Of a stretch of 64,000 nt of DNA, positions 37,511-46,610 are shown in pieces. The notes below the pieces were generated by a model. It searched no databases. It had not been told where the DNA came from and saw only the letters and a list, made by a program, of their open reading frames with translations. The position numbers were made by a program, and so were the translations under genes. This DNA comes from Candidatus Bathyarchaeota archaeon. Its GTDB lineage: Archaea > Thermoproteota > CALKCG01 > B24 > DRYS01. Position 1 is the stretch's first letter, and each line of letters begins with the position of its first letter. The DNA is taken from assembly GCA_018396535.1 (NCBI GenBank), contig JAGTQC010000005.1, forward strand, positions 1-64,000, in the 5' to 3' direction.

Positions 37511-39262
37511 TTAAACTAAAAGCGCTATGTAAGCCATGATTAATATGTTAATGAGAATTATGGTTGTAGGTATAAGCTTCCTTGCATAGCTTATACATGT
37601 TTCGGTAAGTTTATCTATCCTTTCAAGGAATCCTCTACCAATAATCTTAACATCATCAACCTCTACTTCTATATGATCGAATCCTTCAATAGGTTCTAGT
37701 TTAGCTTTTGCTTCTTCAAACACCTTAATGGTCGTAGCTATTATCCTATCGAAAGGTATACCTTCACCTAATGGTTTATATCCTCTACCAGTTACCATAC
37801 CTGTGACAGCGTGAGTATCTGTCGTGAATACTTCTATATATGAAAGCCCTCTATCCCTCATACTAGATATTATAGCCTCCCTAAGCTTTGGAAGCATATT
37901 ATTCGAATCGTATACTATATAGCCTTCAAGCCTGCCAGGTGTTTTGAATAAAGCCACTGTTACGCCACCAGGCCCAACTCCATCGGTAGGGGTGTAATCC
38001 TCTATGGGGTTTGTAGCTATAGCTATACTTGCAGGATAGGTTTCAGTACTCCTTAATATCTCTATCATTTTAAAGGCTAGGCTCCGTATAGATGCATAGC
38101 TATATTCGTCGCCGCCTTCTCTAGATTCTATAGAATTGTGACAGTCTATGATGTATATAGCATCTAATCCAATCCTCTTAGATATATTGGAGAATTCCTC
38201 TTGGATACTTAAAGGTATATCTTCAGTATGTTTCGGTGCTCTAGTGAAGCATAGGAGAATGACTTTATCTATCAGATGCCCTATACATCTATCCTCCCCA
38301 TCTGATATCTCCATTATGCTAGAGATCTTTACAGGCTTAAACTCTATCCTACTTCGTGCTGTAGATACAGCTTCGGCTATCCTCTCATAGTACTTAGATG
38401 ATGTAAGATCGTTCTCATGCGTAGATGCACCGTGGAATACTATCGCACAATCAACGTTTAATACCGATTCAACTATGGATTTAAGTTTCGAAGGCATATA
38501 GCTACTACCTACATTTAGGAATGGTCCACTATGTATGAATGGTATTACAGCTGCGTATAGTCTCTCTCGAGTTTTGAATAGGAGTATAGCTATCCTGGCT
38601 TTAGAACGTGATCCATGGTTATCTAGGAGTTCTTCTATGACACCATGATCACCCTCCATCCAGCATAGTAGGAATCCGTAGAAGTATCTTGGAAAACTTA
38701 AGCCTGTAGTTTTCATCCCCCTCCGCTCTATCATCTTTAAGATTGATAAGGATATAGCAAAGCCTAGTATAGACCATAGTAGAGGTATGAAGTCTACTCT
38801 ATTTAGCCATACCATAGTTGAATAACATAGTATGGTTGGTTGTAGAGCGAGTATAGATTTCCATAGATGTCTAACCTTTGATATACTCCATATCACGAGT
38901 GTTCTTAGATATACTGCTATACATATCGAGGATTGGATAGCATATACCGTCGCGCTTCTCCCTATAGCTACTATAACTCCTAGTATGTAGAGTATGATGA
39001 TAGCGTTAGAGATAGATGAAAGGGCTAGTATCCTTCTAATCTTCAGTACTGGATCATATCTTTTGAAGTATAGTATTGATAGATCTGCTATGCATGAAGT
39101 ATAGCTTGAGAGTATTACGATGGGTAGCATGCTCGTATCGGATGCTAACGTATAAGCTATAAAGGTTATAGTGGATAGGTATATAGGGATTATAATCTTG
39201 GTATCTGGTAGCTTGAATAGGTATCTATACCTACGGACTAAGCTATCGTGATGTATAGACAT
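37511..39262 (-). CDS. DUF2070 family membrane protein
   Basis: N-terminal TM helices; HSGPF..GSS..P, HG.STHE.D, DCHN, DSNN, TTDTH. Confidence 0.82.
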   Translation of the reverse strand: MSIHHDSLVRRYRYLFKLPDTKIIIPIYLSTITFIAYTLASDTSMLPIVILSSYTSCIADLSILYFKRYDPVLKIRRILALSSISNAIIILYILGVIVAIGRSATVYAIQSSICIAVYLRTLVIWSISKVRHLWKSILALQPTILCYSTMVWLNRVDFIPLLWSILGFAISLSILKMIERRGMKTTGLSFPRYFYGFLLCWMEGDHGVIEELLDNHGSRSKARIAILLFKTRERLYAAVIPFIHSGPFLNVGSSYMPSKLKSIVESVLNVDCAIVFHGASTHENDLTSSKYYERIAEAVSTARSRIEFKPVKISSIMEISDGEDRCIGHLIDKVILLCFTRAPKHTEDIPLSIQEEFSNISKRIGLDAIYIIDCHNSIESREGGDEYSYASIRSLAFKMIEILRSTETYPASIAIATNPIEDYTPTDGVGPGGVTVALFKTPGRLEGYIVYDSNNMLPKLREAIISSMRDRGLSYIEVFTTDTHAVTGMVTGRGYKPLGEGIPFDRIIATTIKVFEEAKAKLEPIEGFDHIEVEVDDVKIIGRGFLERIDKLTETCISYARKLIPTTIILINILIMAYIALLV

Positions 39263-39410
39263 ATAGAGTGACACCCAACTATACTAGACTATATGGTTTT
39301 ATCGTAGAGTAGAATTATTGTCGTTTTCAACCTATATTTAAAGTTCGTACTGGTATGCCGCAACTATTTTAGTATTGAATTGTAGTCTAGATAGGTAGAG
39401 GATACAGTCG

Positions 39411-40916
39411 ATGAGTATGGATATTAATTCGCTGATAGAAGCTATCCTCTCTATTAGGAAGGATCTTAGTAGAGATGATATCTTAAGGATGATAGAGGAG
39501 AAGAAGAGGGAATTTTTAGGTTTCCTAAGTGATGAGGGGGCAGCTCTCATATTAGCTCAAGAGCTAGGTTTAACTATGGAGTCTACTAGTAGTGGGTATA
39601 GTGAAACAAAGCTATCTAGTCTAGTCCCAGGTCTTAGGAGTGTTAGCGTTAAGGGTAGGATTGTATCTGTAAAAGAGCCTACTAAGTTTACCAGAAGCTA
39701 CGGTAGGGAGGGTGTCGTCCAGAGGGTTACCATTATGGATGATGATGGGGCTATCGTCGATATAGTACTCTGGGATGACAGTGTAGAAAGGTTTAGTAGA
39801 CTTGGCGTAGGATATGGATCCCTTATCAGGATTAGATCAGGGTATACAAGGGAGGGATTGGGTGGCAGGGTTGAAGTACATGTAGGTAGAAGAAGTGATA
39901 TAGAGGTTATAGAAAGATATCCTAGCGAATACGAGTTTACACCTATATGCGATCTCAAACCCGATGGATACTTTAACGTAAAAGCTACTCTATGTATGGT
40001 TTACCCTTTGAAAAGTGTTAGAGATGAAGGTGCTGTAAGATTCGTTAGAGCTAGGATAGCTGATGAAACTGGATGGGTTAACCTACTTGTATGGGGTGTT
40101 AAAGCTGATGAGCTATTATCCCAAAACCCCTCTATAGGGGTTGTGGTTAAGGTGTATAATGGCTTCGTTAAGAGGAGGCTTGATGGGTCGTTAGAGCTGC
40201 ATGTAGGTAGGATCGGTAGGGTGGAGGTTACAGGTGAGCGTAGTATTCTACCCTTGAAATATGTGAAGGTATCTCAGCTTAAACTCGGATCTAGGGTTGA
40301 TATGCTTCTAAGATTGCTAACTTATAACTTTAGGAAGCTTAGTAGTGGTAGGAGAAGGGTGAAGATGCTTTGTTGGGATGGGGAGGATATGATACGTTTA
40401 ACTATATGGGAGGAAGCCCTATCGTATATCGAAAACTCTCTAGATATGTTGAAGCCTAACGATGTAATACTAATCCAGCTCGGTAGGGTTAGGGAGAGGA
40501 TAGGTATGGTGGAGGTCGATGTAGATGGTAGCGGCTATGTATATGTGAACCCTCAGTTCGTAGTAGATCCTCCACCTCCATACCAGTTTAAACATGTAAA
40601 GATAGGTGAGCTTAAAGAGGGATGTATTTATGAATCAATCAGGGGAGTAGTATTGACTAAACCATCGGTTAGAGAAGTCGGATCAGATGATCGTAAAGTG
40701 AAGGTTTCTACGATCCGTATCGGTGATGACACAGGGACTATCGATTTAACACTCTGGAGGGATTGTGTCGATAAGGTATCGGAGATCGATATAGGTGAAC
40801 TCGTAGAGTTTAGGTGGATAGTAGTTAGAAGGAGTAGTTTAGATGGTATCGAAGCCTCCACTACCATCTTCTCCGATGTATTAAGATTAGGGAGACCTAC
40901 CTCTGCTTCATCTTAA
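39411..40916 (+). CDS. rpa: Replication protein A-like multi-OB-fold ssDNA-binding protein
   Basis: N-terminal GFLSDEGAA..LA.ELG helix domain; about four OB folds (D.TG....LW). Confidence 0.8.
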   Translation: MSMDINSLIEAILSIRKDLSRDDILRMIEEKKREFLGFLSDEGAALILAQELGLTMESTSSGYSETKLSSLVPGLRSVSVKGRIVSVKEPTKFTRSYGREGVVQRVTIMDDDGAIVDIVLWDDSVERFSRLGVGYGSLIRIRSGYTREGLGGRVEVHVGRRSDIEVIERYPSEYEFTPICDLKPDGYFNVKATLCMVYPLKSVRDEGAVRFVRARIADETGWVNLLVWGVKADELLSQNPSIGVVVKVYNGFVKRRLDGSLELHVGRIGRVEVTGERSILPLKYVKVSQLKLGSRVDMLLRLLTYNFRKLSSGRRRVKMLCWDGEDMIRLTIWEEALSYIENSLDMLKPNDVILIQLGRVRERIGMVEVDVDGSGYVYVNPQFVVDPPPPYQFKHVKIGELKEGCIYESIRGVVLTKPSVREVGSDDRKVKVSTIRIGDDTGTIDLTLWRDCVDKVSEIDIGELVEFRWIVVRRSSLDGIEASTTIFSDVLRLGRPTSASS

Positions 40917-42201
40917 CTAACATTCTAAGAGCCTCGATTATTATCGATAATCCGTCTGATAGAGTTTCATCTGGTATATCAAGTGTAGGTGTTATCCTCA
41001 GAACACCTGTCCCATACTCCTTGACTATTAACCCTCTGTAGAGAGATAGTATCGAAGCCACCTTAGCATCCTCGTATCCTAGATTTAGCCCTATACTAAG
41101 ACCCATACCCTCAACTTCCGCATCGATTTGAAGTTCGGATACGGTATCGGATAGAGTTTTAGTTATTCTCCTACCTATATCCAACGCTCTAGTTATAAGC
41201 TGCTCTTTTATTAAAATCTCTACTATAGTGATAGCTATACGCATAGCTAGGATCGGTATAACACCGTATACCGGCGTCAACCCAGGCTCCCAATCCATAA
41301 CTTTATCTCTAGCTACCAGAATCCCCAGGGGCATACCGTTAGAGAAACCCTCTCCTATGATATACATGTCTGCTTTAACATCCCACGCTTCAAGACTAAA
41401 CCATCGCCCACATCTACCTGGTGATGTAAACGTTTCACAATCTACTAGGAGTATACCGTATTCTCTAGCTATCTTAGCTAGTTTAGGAATATAGTCTCTA
41501 GGTGGTGGTGTTAAATCATAGCTTCTCGGGGTTTGGATGAATATAGCAGCTATATCCTCTGGATGTACTCTATGTAATGTATGTTCCTCGAAAAACTCTA
41601 TACAATATATATCACAATCTGGATACTTTAGCCTGAACGGGCATTTAGAGCATTTAGGGTATGGTATATCGACTACATGCATAGGTTGGAGATCTACTCC
41701 AAGTTTAACATGCCGCTTCGATGATATAGTGATCCCGCCTATCCCTCCTCCAAACCAACATCCATCTAGTACCGCTATTATCGGTCTCCGTGTATGCCAT
41801 AGAGCTAGTTTTAAAGCTTCTTCGCATGCCTCCCAGCTTGACGAAACTGTATGGATCCTGCACGGTTTTATCGGAGCTATCTTATATAGCGTATCTAGAA
41901 ATTCGACAAGTATATCTCCATAATAATCTAGCGTAGGATAACAGTATATGGAGCTGGATATAGTATCTACTATAGTCTTCTTGATCTCTTCCCTAGATGG
42001 GGTTAAAGTTATTCTGCCAAATCCCGAATCGAAATCTATAAGCATATTTCCATCTGCATCCTTTAGGTAACTTTCATAGAAGTGTGAAACGGCTAAAGGA
42101 TAGCTTCTACGTATGGAAGGAGATATTAGGCTATCGATCTTCGCAGCTATAGTTCTAGAATTCTTGCCTGGAGGGATGGAGGATAATCTACTATGCTTCA
42201 T
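40897..42201 (-). CDS. Class III aminotransferase homolog, probably catalytically inactive
   Basis: D.DGN..IDF, EEALKLA, IAAIF, GR.G.WF, G.PLG, G.GL.IG, LRITP.L; the PLP Lys position holds Glu. Confidence 0.8.
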   Translation of the reverse strand: MKHSRLSSIPPGKNSRTIAAKIDSLISPSIRRSYPLAVSHFYESYLKDADGNMLIDFDSGFGRITLTPSREEIKKTIVDTISSSIYCYPTLDYYGDILVEFLDTLYKIAPIKPCRIHTVSSSWEACEEALKLALWHTRRPIIAVLDGCWFGGGIGGITISSKRHVKLGVDLQPMHVVDIPYPKCSKCPFRLKYPDCDIYCIEFFEEHTLHRVHPEDIAAIFIQTPRSYDLTPPPRDYIPKLAKIAREYGILLVDCETFTSPGRCGRWFSLEAWDVKADMYIIGEGFSNGMPLGILVARDKVMDWEPGLTPVYGVIPILAMRIAITIVEILIKEQLITRALDIGRRITKTLSDTVSELQIDAEVEGMGLSIGLNLGYEDAKVASILSLYRGLIVKEYGTGVLRITPTLDIPDETLSDGLSIIIEALRMLVKMKQR

Positions 42202-42304
42202 ATTATTGGTTTTAGTAGAGTGGGAGGGAAAAATAACTCTTAACGTTCGATCCAGTTTTAGTTTTTCAGGCTTCTACTGTTAAGCTTTGTATCGATGTAT
42301 TCCC

Positions 42305-42592
42305 TCAGCTTTTAGGTCTCGCTATCACTATATCGATGGTGGATACGTTACTCTTTCTTCCGTCTTGACTTATAAGCTCTTGTGTTCCTATACTTATGGA
42401 TTTAATCTCGAGATCCTTAAGGAAGGATCTCCTTATCAATTCGACGACATCTACCGCTTTAGATATGGCTCTACCCCTAGCCTTCACGGTTATACTATCT
42501 GCTCCGCTATTGAATATCGTCATACAAGCGACGACGTAATTCATTACAGGCTTCTTACCTACTAAGACGACGTTCTCCTGAGCTGAAGACAT
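42305..42592 (-). CDS. albA: DNA/RNA-binding protein Alba
   Basis: [27 protein letters not shown]. Confidence 0.95.
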   Translation of the reverse strand: MSSAQENVVLVGKKPVMNYVVACMTIFNSGADSITVKARGRAISKAVDVVELIRRSFLKDLEIKSISIGTQELISQDGRKSNVSTIDIVIARPKS

Positions 42593-42703
42593 ATCCAGCA
42601 CCTTCCCTGCTTATCCCTACGATCTTCGCTGAAACCTAAGATTAAAAGCAACTCCTTATATACTTTTCTATCGTAATCATATAGATCGAGTATACGTGGT
42701 GTC

Positions 42704-44257
42704 ATGGATATGAGTGATCTACATAATGTTATAGGTTATACCACTAGCCTGTGCCCTGAATGTCTCAGGATACTGGATGCTGAGATATATGAGAAGGAGG
42801 GAAAGGTATGGATAAGTAAGGAGTGTCCTGAGCATGGTGTTTTCGATGACTTATACTGGGGTAGCTATGAACAGTATAAGAGGGCTCAAAAGTATTTTTG
42901 GCATGGACGTCCTGTAGATAATCCGCAAGTAAACGTCGATAAACCTGTATGTCCGTTTAGCTGTGGTCTATGTAGTATGCATATAGGACATACAGCTCTC
43001 GCTAACATAGTCGTTACGAATAGATGCGACCTCTCATGCTGGTACTGCTTCTTCTATGCTGAGAAGGCTGGCTATGTATATGAGCCTAGTTTAGAACAGA
43101 TAAGAAGTATGGTTCGAGTATTAAGGAGTGAGAAGCCTATACCCTGTAACGCTGTTCAACTTACAGGTGGTGAACCAGCGCTTAGGGATGATCTACCCGA
43201 TATAATAAGGGTTATAAGAGAGGAGGGGGTGGAGCATGTACAGGTTAATACAGATGGTATAAGACTTGCTTTAGATCCAGATCTAGCTAGTGTATGGCGT
43301 AGAGCTGGTGCGAATACTATATATCTAAGCTATGATGGCCCGGATCGCGAAACTAATCCTAAAAACTATCTTGAAGCACCTAAGGCTATAGAGAATTGTC
43401 GTAGATGCGGGTTTACCAGCATAGTCCTAGTCCCCACGGTTATAAAGACTGTGAACGATCATATCGTCGGTGGTATAGTGAGGTATGCTATCGAGAATAT
43501 GGATGTAGTTAGGGGGGTTAATTTCCAGCCGGTTTCACTAGTAGGTAGAATGCCTAGGAGTGAAAGGATGAAATATAGGATAACGATACCCGATCTGCTT
43601 GAAGAGTTATCAGATCAGCTTGACGGTGTAGTTACACCTGAAGATTTCTATCCTGTTCCCGCATGTATGCCTATAAGCTGGTTTGTAGAAGCTTTATCGG
43701 GTAGACCTAGATACGAATTATCTTCACATTTCGCGTGTGGTATGGCTACATATGTATTTAAAGATGGGGGGAAGCTTATACCGCTACCTAGATTCTTCGA
43801 TATCGATGGATTCCTAGAGTATCTCCTAGAATCTACAGATAGAATAAAGAAGGGTCGATCTAGATTATTCGAAGGATTCAAGCTTCTGTTTAAGCTTAGC
43901 TCGTTTATAGATAAGGATAAGGCACCCAGATATGTTAACATCGCTAGACTAGTTTTCAATATATTCGTCATGAGGAACTATTCTGCTCTAGCTGATTTCC
44001 ACTATAAAACTCTCTTTATAGGTATGATGCATTTTCAAGACCTATATAACTATGATATAGAGCGTGTGAAGAGGTGTGTGATACACTATACACTTCCGGA
44101 TGGAAGGGTGGTGCCATTCTGTGCGTTTAATGTTATACCTCAGCTGTATAGGGATAGTGTTCAAAGGATGTATGGGCTACCGATCGATGAGTGGGAGAGG
44201 ATTAAGGGTAGGCGTATAAGAGAGGATTTCTATCGCAGGGTAGAGGTTTCGGTGTGA
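42704..44257 (+). CDS. tes: Tetraether lipid synthase (GDGT-MAS), radical SAM
   Basis: N-terminal CPEC...CPEH; CPFSCGLC..H; radical SAM CDLSCWYC; QLTGGEP; NFQPVS..GR; C-terminal CG, RC.IHY..PDG..VPFC. Confidence 0.88.
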   Translation: MDMSDLHNVIGYTTSLCPECLRILDAEIYEKEGKVWISKECPEHGVFDDLYWGSYEQYKRAQKYFWHGRPVDNPQVNVDKPVCPFSCGLCSMHIGHTALANIVVTNRCDLSCWYCFFYAEKAGYVYEPSLEQIRSMVRVLRSEKPIPCNAVQLTGGEPALRDDLPDIIRVIREEGVEHVQVNTDGIRLALDPDLASVWRRAGANTIYLSYDGPDRETNPKNYLEAPKAIENCRRCGFTSIVLVPTVIKTVNDHIVGGIVRYAIENMDVVRGVNFQPVSLVGRMPRSERMKYRITIPDLLEELSDQLDGVVTPEDFYPVPACMPISWFVEALSGRPRYELSSHFACGMATYVFKDGGKLIPLPRFFDIDGFLEYLLESTDRIKKGRSRLFEGFKLLFKLSSFIDKDKAPRYVNIARLVFNIFVMRNYSALADFHYKTLFIGMMHFQDLYNYDIERVKRCVIHYTLPDGRVVPFCAFNVIPQLYRDSVQRMYGLPIDEWERIKGRRIREDFYRRVEVSV

Positions 44258-44368
44258 TGGGTATGCAATTATAATTGTACTAACACTTTTTATACTATTG
44301 TATCTGTATTTCTTCCATACGTAAATTAAATATAGTAGATCGTATCCATACTGTACTTGGATAAAGCT

Positions 44369-45430
44369 ATGGCTACAGAGTATCGCAAAATTCAGTTGAT
44401 AGGTGGATCCTCCTATGCTGTAACCCTACCTAAGGATTGGGTTTCGGAAGTTAAGTTGAGGCCTGGAGATTTCGTAACTATACAAAAGCAATCTGATCTA
44501 TCCCTCCTTCTAGTACCTCAGAAGACTGGGAAGCCTGTGGAGCAAGCTTATGGTGAAGCTATCGTCGAGGTTAACGATGTCACCGATATGGAGCGTATAT
44601 ATAGGATGATAGTGGGCTTCTATCTTGTCGGTTATCGAACTATAAGAGTGAAGTTTACTAGGAGATGTTCTGAAGCTAGGAATAAGCTTGTAGAATTTAT
44701 ACGTAAGAAGCTTCTAGGTGTAGAGGTTGTTGAAGAGAGGGTTGATGAAATTGCTCTACAGACGTTTATAGAGTTTAGAGAGTTCCCATCTATAAAATTA
44801 GTAACCAGAATGATGACTATAACTCAATCTATGTTGACTGATGCTATACAGGCGTTATTCGATTTGGATGCAGAGCTTTCTAGAGATATAATAGAGAGGG
44901 ATGATAGCGTAGATAGGCTATACCTCCTATCGGTTAGACAGCTTAAGAGAGCTGTAGAAGATCGGAATATATTGAGGGAGCTGGAGATAAAGGATTTCAG
45001 GCATGTATTAGGGTATAGATTGATAGCTAAGAGTATCGAGAGGGCTGCGGATCATGCTGCTAGGATAGCTGAAGTATCTGCTAAACTACATGAACATGTA
45101 ATCGATAGTCTTCGCCTAGTGATAGTTGAGTTAGCAAAGTATGCTAATACGATGTTAGAGAATTCTTGGAGAGCATTGGTTAAGATGGATATGGATCTCG
45201 CTAACGATGTTATATCTAATAGGAAGAAGATATTATCGATGGTGGAGGAGGCTTCATACATAGTCTTGGAGAATTATAAGGATACTAAAACCGTGATGAA
45301 TCTAGGTCTGGTATTAGAGAGTTTGAAACGTATAACGGAGTATGCTTGCGATATCGCTGAGATAGTTATAAATCTTGCTATAGGAAATAGGGATAGACTT
45401 AGGATAGGTAAACCAGTAGAGGAGCGTTAG
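44369..45430 (+). CDS. phoU: Phosphate uptake regulator (AbrB DNA-binding domain plus PhoU domains)
   Basis: RKIQ..GGSSY.VTLPK.W; RDD.VDRLY; ERAADHA; RI.EY..DIAE. Confidence 0.85.
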   Translation: MATEYRKIQLIGGSSYAVTLPKDWVSEVKLRPGDFVTIQKQSDLSLLLVPQKTGKPVEQAYGEAIVEVNDVTDMERIYRMIVGFYLVGYRTIRVKFTRRCSEARNKLVEFIRKKLLGVEVVEERVDEIALQTFIEFREFPSIKLVTRMMTITQSMLTDAIQALFDLDAELSRDIIERDDSVDRLYLLSVRQLKRAVEDRNILRELEIKDFRHVLGYRLIAKSIERAADHAARIAEVSAKLHEHVIDSLRLVIVELAKYANTMLENSWRALVKMDMDLANDVISNRKKILSMVEEASYIVLENYKDTKTVMNLGLVLESLKRITEYACDIAEIVINLAIGNRDRLRIGKPVEER

Positions 45431-45498
45431 ACTCTATACTAAGCTCCATGTCTAATCTTTATTAGGAGGATCAACTCTATCCTCTCCTTGAATAGTAT

Positions 45499-45575
45499 AG
45501 CGGGGTGGGGTAGCCAGGAAACCCGCCGGGCTCATAACCCGGAGATCCCTGGTTCAAATCCAGGCCCCGCTACCA
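45499..45575 (+). tRNA. Initiator tRNA-Met (CAT), no intron, CCA encoded
   Basis: AGCGGGG/CCCCGCT acceptor stem with A1-U72; anticodon arm CCGGG-CTCATAA-CCCGG with three consecutive G-C pairs; GGTTCAAATCC T-arm; ends ACCA. Confidence 0.96.
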
Positions 45576-46562
45576 TTATAATACCGATTCTAGACCCATA
45601 TTCTCCAGTATCCCTTTTAGACGCTTCTTATCCTCATCCTTTAAATCGAGTAGAGGTAATCTAACTCTTCCACCTCTAAGTCCTATAATATCCATAGCTG
45701 CTTTTATAATTGCGTAAACCATATACCCTTGTATGTATGGTGGTGGAAGTATGGATGTTGTAGGTCCATACTTTACGTTCATCTCTGTTATAAACTCCTC
45801 TAGTATGGATATCTTCTCTAGGAACTCGGTGAGCTTAGAGAAATCCTTCGAATTACCTGCTTTCAATATTTCGAACGATACTTCTGGCATGAAGTTAGCG
45901 TAGCCGGAGATATAACCTTTAGCTCCAAGTAGTACTGTAGATATATACCACCATTCTCCTCTACCCTGGATGATAGGTATCTTACTACCTACTGCTTTAA
46001 CCTGCTCGTAGAACGTTGCTATATGGGGTGTATTCTCTTTAACTCCGATTATGTTCGGTATCTCTGATACTATACGCTTCATAAGCCGTGGGTTGATATA
46101 TATTTTGGAGACATCTGGGTTGTTATATATTAGTAATCCTATATTTATCGATGTAGCTATCTCCTTATAGTATCTTATAAGCCCCTCCTCTCCAGGTATA
46201 TGGTAGTATGGTAGGACAACCATGACGCCGTCTGCTCCTATATCTTCTGCGTACCTAGAGATTTCGATCGTCCATTTCGCTCCAGCTCTCATTGTTCCAG
46301 CTATCACAGGGATTTTACCACCAGCTATATCGACTACAGTCGATATAACCTTCCTCCGCTCTTCATCGTTTAGAGCATAGAATTCACCTGTACTACCTGT
46401 AGGTACTAGGACCATGGGGCCTAGATGCCTCTTCTCTACGAGAAACTCTGTATTAATCTTCAATCCTTCTAGATCTAGGCTTTCATCACTTCTGAATGGT
46501 GTTATCTGTACGATTAGGAGAGCCCCCTGGTTTAGATAATCTCGAAGCTTTTCATATTCCAT
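45576..46562 (-). CDS. Dihydrodipicolinate synthase / N-acetylneuraminate lyase family aldolase
   Basis: TPF, GSTGEF..L..EER, GADG....PYY, IYNNP, GVKE (Schiff-base Lys), R.PL. Confidence 0.88.
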   Translation of the reverse strand: MEYEKLRDYLNQGALLIVQITPFRSDESLDLEGLKINTEFLVEKRHLGPMVLVPTGSTGEFYALNDEERRKVISTVVDIAGGKIPVIAGTMRAGAKWTIEISRYAEDIGADGVMVVLPYYHIPGEEGLIRYYKEIATSINIGLLIYNNPDVSKIYINPRLMKRIVSEIPNIIGVKENTPHIATFYEQVKAVGSKIPIIQGRGEWWYISTVLLGAKGYISGYANFMPEVSFEILKAGNSKDFSKLTEFLEKISILEEFITEMNVKYGPTTSILPPPYIQGYMVYAIIKAAMDIIGLRGGRVRLPLLDLKDEDKKRLKGILENMGLESVL

Positions 46563-46610
46563 TGCGGATCGACCTATACTCGTCTGCTTGATCGACTTTA
46601 AGATCAGTAT

